Shown here piece after piece: positions 60,058 to 64,000 of a stretch of DNA of 64,000 nt (position 1 is its first letter; each line of letters begins with the position of its first letter). A model generated the notes under the pieces. The model was not told the DNA's origin, did not search any database, and saw nothing but the letters and a program-made list of their open reading frames with translations. The stretch is from an uncultured Candidatus Rokubacteria bacterium (GTDB lineage: Bacteria; Methylomirabilota; Methylomirabilia; Rokubacteriales; DASRDR01). Made by a program: the position numbers and the translations under genes. Location: assembly GCA_963826115.1 (NCBI GenBank), contig CAWGVS010000006.1, positions 864,001-928,000 on the forward strand, given 5' to 3'.

Positions 60058-60986
60058 GTCGCGCGCACCCTAGGGTCCGCGAGCCCGTAGAGAAGGTCGA
60101 CCACGAGGTTCAGCAGGAGCACCGCAAAGGACGAGATCAGCACCACGCCCTGGATCACCGGGTAGTCGCGGGCCAGGATGGCGTCGAGGGCCAGCCGCCC
60201 GATGCCCGGCCGCGTGAAGACCGTCTCGGCCACGACGGCGCCCGACAGGAGCGTACCGACGTTCAGCCCGATGACGGTCAGCACCGGGATGATCGCGTTC
60301 CGGAGCACGTGGCGGCCAACCACCGCGCGCTCGCCGAGCCCCTTCGCGCGGGCCGTCCGCGCGAAGTCCTGGTTCAGCATCTGGAGGATGCTCGCGCGTG
60401 TGATCCGCGAGACGACGCCCGCCAGGAAGAAGCCGGTGGCGATGGCCGGCAGAACGAGGGCGCGCAGCATCTCGCCGAGCGTTGCGCCGGCGCCGGAGGT
60501 CGGGAACACGCGCCAGTGGAGGCTGAACGCCAGCAGGAGGACGAGGCCCCAGACGAACACTGGCACCGAGACCCCGAGGAGCGCCCCCACGCTGGCCGCG
60601 TAGTCGAGCCAGGTGCCGCGCCGGAGGGCCGCGACGGCACCGAGCGGCACCCCGATCGCCGCCGCGACCAGCGTCCCGCCGACCGTGAGGAGGAGCGTGT
60701 GGGGCACCGCGTCGAGCACCAGCCCCGTCACGGGCGCGCGGAGCGCAAGGGACTGCCCGAGGTCGAGCCGGAGGACACCCCCGAGGTATGCGGCGAACTG
60801 TTCGGCGAGCGGGCGGTCGACGCCCAGGTCGCGACGGAGCGCCGCCACGGCGTCGGGCGTGGCCGCGGTGCCGAGCAAGGCGATCGCGGGGTCGCCGGGG
60901 AGGACGCGCATCACCAGGAACACCAGCACGAGCGCCCCGAGCATGGTCGGGAGGATCTGGCCGAGCCGACGGGCGAGGTGCCGCAT
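60054..60986 (-). CDS. Peptide ABC permease (DppB-like)
   Basis: PGDPA, TARAKG, ETVFTRPGIG. Confidence 0.92.
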   Translation of the reverse strand: MRHLARRLGQILPTMLGALVLVFLVMRVLPGDPAIALLGTAATPDAVAALRRDLGVDRPLAEQFAAYLGGVLRLDLGQSLALRAPVTGLVLDAVPHTLLLTVGGTLVAAAIGVPLGAVAALRRGTWLDYAASVGALLGVSVPVFVWGLVLLLAFSLHWRVFPTSGAGATLGEMLRALVLPAIATGFFLAGVVSRITRASILQMLNQDFARTARAKGLGERAVVGRHVLRNAIIPVLTVIGLNVGTLLSGAVVAETVFTRPGIGRLALDAILARDYPVIQGVVLISSFAVLLLNLVVDLLYGLADPRVRAT

Positions 60987-61035
60987 GCGTGCCGTCTACG
61001 CCCGGTCCGTCATCACTCGAACGTGCTCCTGTCCA

Positions 61036-62022
61036 CTACTGGATGACCTCGGCTGCCCGCGCCAGCACGGCCGGGGGGATCGTGAGGCTCAGGGCCTTGG
61101 CGGCCTTGAGATTGATGACTAGGTCGAACTTCGTCGGCTGCTCGACGGGGAGGTCGGCGGGCTTGGCGCCCTTGAGGATCCGGTCCACGTACCCGGCCGC
61201 TCGGCGCCAGTTGTCGCGGACGTCGGCCCCGTACGCCATCAGGCCGCCCACGTGCGCGAACTCCAGGGGCCCGTACATCGCCGGCAGACGTCTCTGGGCC
61301 GCGAGCTCGACGAGCCGGAGTCGGTGCGCGAAGAACAACGAGCCACCCAGGACAACGATCGCGCCGACCCGCTCCCGCGTCGCCGCCGCGAACGCACCTT
61401 CGAACCCGCTTGGGGCCCGCGCTTCCAGGACCTGGAGCTGCATCTTCAGGAGGCGCGCCGAGGCCTCGATCTCTCTCACGGAGAGCGAATGGGACGGTAT
61501 GGTCGGATTCGACAGAACAGCCGCGCGGTCGAGGCTGGGCAGGGTCTCCTTGAGCAGCTGGAGTTGTTTTCCAGCGAGCTCCGGTCCGACGGAGGAGATT
61601 CCCGTGACATTGCCCCCCGGTCTCGCGAGGCTCGACACGAGCCCGCTCGCCACGGGATCGGGATGACTGGCCATGACGATGGGGATCGTCGATGTGGCGC
61701 GCTTGGCCGCCTCGGGTGAGGGGGCCGTGCCCGCGACGATCACGTCGACCGGGAGCCGCACGAGCTCGGCCGCGAGGGCGGAAAGATCTTCGGGGCGGTT
61801 TCCGTACCATCGGCCCTCGATGACGATGTTCCGCCCCTCGACGTAGCCGAGGTCTCGTAACACTTGGAAGAATCCACCCCAGAGATGCGCGGCCTCCGGG
61901 CTGTTCGGGGGCGAACCCCCGAGGAGGCCAATTCGATGGACCTTCGTCGCCGGCTGCGCCGTCGCGCCCGCCGGGCCGGCGACCACGCCGACCGCGCCCG
62001 CCAGGAATGCCCGTCGGTCCAC
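61036..62022 (-). CDS. ABC_sub_bind-family substrate-binding protein
   Basis: DRRAFL, DPVASGLVSSLARPGGNVTG, ILKGAKPADLPVEQPTKF. Confidence 0.9.
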   Translation of the reverse strand: MDRRAFLAGAVGVVAGPAGATAQPATKVHRIGLLGGSPPNSPEAAHLWGGFFQVLRDLGYVEGRNIVIEGRWYGNRPEDLSALAAELVRLPVDVIVAGTAPSPEAAKRATSTIPIVMASHPDPVASGLVSSLARPGGNVTGISSVGPELAGKQLQLLKETLPSLDRAAVLSNPTIPSHSLSVREIEASARLLKMQLQVLEARAPSGFEGAFAAATRERVGAIVVLGGSLFFAHRLRLVELAAQRRLPAMYGPLEFAHVGGLMAYGADVRDNWRRAAGYVDRILKGAKPADLPVEQPTKFDLVINLKAAKALSLTIPPAVLARAAEVIQ

Positions 62023-62095
62023 CAGACGATCCTCTCGTTCAGCGCCCCCGACGTTCCGAGGGCCGCGGTCGATGCCGGCAGTCACCGCCGCCGCG

Positions 62096-63625
62096 CTAGT
62101 TGAACGTCAACCGCGTGATGTCGAGGCCCCAGATCGGCTCGAGGCTCGGCAGGCCCTGGAGCTTCGGGGAGTGGAGCATCGCCTCGGGGCGCATCATGAG
62201 CGGGATCATCGGGACGTCTCGCATCAGCTTCCGCTGGATCTCGTGGTACAGCTGCTCGCGCTTCTTGGGATCGAGCTCCCGGCGCGCGGGGATCAGGTCC
62301 GCTTCGAGGTTGTACTTGCTGACGGCGATCGCGCCGCCCGCGGGCGTGAAGGCGTCGGTCAGCCAGATGTCCGGATCGGGCTGGCGGACACAGCAGTGGA
62401 TGGCGAAGTAGACGCCCTGGCCGCGGAACATCCGTCCGAGCCACGTCGGCTGGTCCAGGAGCTCGAGCTTGACCGTGATGCCGGCGGGCTTCAGCTGCTC
62501 GGCGATCACCTCGCCGCCCAGCTTGTTCTCGTCGTAGTTCACCATCGTGACCTCGAGGCCGTTCGGGTAGCCGGCCTCGGCCAGGAGCTGCTTGGCCTTC
62601 TGGACGTCGTGCTCGTAGCGGGGGAGGTTGTCGGTCACGAAGGGGTACCCCTTGGGGATGGGCGAGAACCACGGCTCGCCGATGCCGTTGTAGCCGAGCT
62701 CGATGAGCTGCTTCCGGTCGATCGAGTGAGCGATCGCCTGGCGCACCTTGACGCTGTCGAAGGGCTTCACGGTCACGTTCATCATGAGGACCTGCGGCAG
62801 GTTCCGGTGGACGAGCGTCTCCTTGAAGCCCGCCCGCTTCAGCCGGTCCGCCACGGCCTGCTCGCGGACCTGCGAGTAGATCAGGTCGTACTCGCCGTTC
62901 TCCAGGCCGATCACCTGGGCGTTGATGTCGGTGACCGTCCGGAAGACCACCTTCTTGATGGCCGGGGCGCCGCCCCAGTACTTCTCGTTGGCCCGGATCA
63001 CCGCCTCGCGGTTGGGGATCCGGCTCTCGAACACGTACGGCCCCGTCCCGATGGGATCCCACGCGTAGCCCTGGCCCTTCTCCGCCACCGCCCGCGCGTT
63101 GACGATGGGGCCGGCCCGGTAGGGCGTGAGCAGGTAGAGGAAGCCGGCGTAGGGCTCCTTCAGGACGAGCTTCACCGTGTAGTCGTCGACGACCACGGCC
63201 TCCTTCAGCATGCGCATGCTGCCGGCGAACGGGGACTTGGTGTTCGGATCGAGCAAGCGGTCGAACGAGCCCTTCACGTCGGCGGCGGTCAGCTTCCCGT
63301 AGCCCTTGTGCCACTCGACGTCGCGGCGGAGCTTGAACGTGTACTCGAGGCCGTCCTTCGAGGCCGTCCAGGACGTCGCCAGGTCCGGCTCGAACTCGAT
63401 GCTGTTCGGCTTGAACTTGACGAGCGCGTTGTAGATGTTGCGGTTGAAGATCAGGTCCTGCGTGGTGATCGCGAAGTGCGGGTCGAGCGTGGCCTGGTGG
63501 ACGCCGGCGACCACCGAGAGCGTGTCCTTCGTCGACTTCTGGGCGTCCGCGGACGGAGTGGCGACGCCCACGACCAGGGCGACGGCCAGGAGCATCCGAC
63601 CGGCAAGCGCGGCGTTACACCTCAT
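62096..63625 (-). CDS. Peptide/nickel ABC substrate-binding protein (family 5)
   Basis: LDPH, YTFKLRRDVEWH, IGTGPY. Confidence 0.92.
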   Translation of the reverse strand: MRCNAALAGRMLLAVALVVGVATPSADAQKSTKDTLSVVAGVHQATLDPHFAITTQDLIFNRNIYNALVKFKPNSIEFEPDLATSWTASKDGLEYTFKLRRDVEWHKGYGKLTAADVKGSFDRLLDPNTKSPFAGSMRMLKEAVVVDDYTVKLVLKEPYAGFLYLLTPYRAGPIVNARAVAEKGQGYAWDPIGTGPYVFESRIPNREAVIRANEKYWGGAPAIKKVVFRTVTDINAQVIGLENGEYDLIYSQVREQAVADRLKRAGFKETLVHRNLPQVLMMNVTVKPFDSVKVRQAIAHSIDRKQLIELGYNGIGEPWFSPIPKGYPFVTDNLPRYEHDVQKAKQLLAEAGYPNGLEVTMVNYDENKLGGEVIAEQLKPAGITVKLELLDQPTWLGRMFRGQGVYFAIHCCVRQPDPDIWLTDAFTPAGGAIAVSKYNLEADLIPARRELDPKKREQLYHEIQRKLMRDVPMIPLMMRPEAMLHSPKLQGLPSLEPIWGLDITRLTFN

Positions 63626-63660
63626 GGAGCCCTCCTTCGGGATGGCCGGCGGCCTCGCGG

Positions 63661-64000
63661 TCAGGGGAACTCGGCCCGCAGGGCGGGCATCACCTCGCGC
63701 GCGAACAGCGTCATGTTCTTCGTCGCCAGCTCGTGGGGCATGCTGCCGACCTGGAAGATCCCCTGGACGATGCCGCAGCCCGTCTGCTTCAGGACCTCCC
63801 GCATGCGGTCGCGGACGGTCGCGGGGCTCCCCACGACCGCGTACATGCCGTCCTCGACCTCGCTCCAGGAGGTGAGGGTGGTGACGAACTTGCGCTTGCC
63901 GCCGGTCACCCGCGTCAGCGACTCCACCGACGTGTGGCCGGGCGGGTACATGAACTCCCGCGGCATGCGGAGACTCTTCTTCGCGAGGTACCAGAAGTGC
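63661..64000 (-). CDS. LLM-class flavin-dependent oxidoreductase, C-terminal part
   Basis: VVGSPATVRD, MTLFAREVMPALR; runs off the window end. Confidence 0.75.
   Translation of the reverse strand, partial: HFWYLAKKSLRMPREFMYPPGHTSVESLTRVTGGKRKFVTTLTSWSEVEDGMYAVVGSPATVRDRMREVLKQTGCGIVQGIFQVGSMPHELATKNMTLFAREVMPALRAEFP

Noticed and set aside
61013-61036. Possible fourth displaced gene end (TFE* vs the SBP end TFN*) beyond the ABC_sub_bind gene
   Set aside because: Only about 6 contiguous matching nucleotides, not distinguishable from chance, although the position fits the pattern.

Overview
High-GC bacterial chromosomal window. The gene style (Tat-exported family-5 binding proteins, an ABC_sub_bind protein, sigma-54 promoters) suggests Candidatus Rokubacteria/Methylomirabilota; this is an inference. 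The first ~4.7 kb, and patches up to ~9 kb, are error-rich or chimeric long-read consensus: a frameshifted liv ABC operon, a HAD hydrolase and FAD oxidoreductases. The rest is clean. It holds SrkA kinase, a FecR/DUF6600 protein, methanethiol oxidase (mtoX) with an SCO gene, M16 and M10 peptidases, three peptide ABC clusters lacking ATPases, an IorAB-type molybdoenzyme, a nucleoside salvage cluster (bmp-ABC-cdd-deoA-upp, ndt, e(P4)), CopA/DUF411, cysK, SDRs and an amidohydrolase. Most notable: (1) three separate insertions, each bounded by a diverged 34-66 bp copy of the 3' end (with stop codon) of the neighbouring host gene, with no integrase, transposase or tRNA; (2) an AhpD/CMD-like gene split by one in-frame UGA at the catalytic Cys position and followed by a SECIS-like hairpin (probable selenoprotein); (3) a DUF2946-like leader ending in an RGPP arrest motif upstream of two metallopeptidases; (4) an antitoxin/RelE/PIN island whose CTG-start toxin is missing from the ORF track. 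No rRNA, tRNA or CRISPR array was seen.
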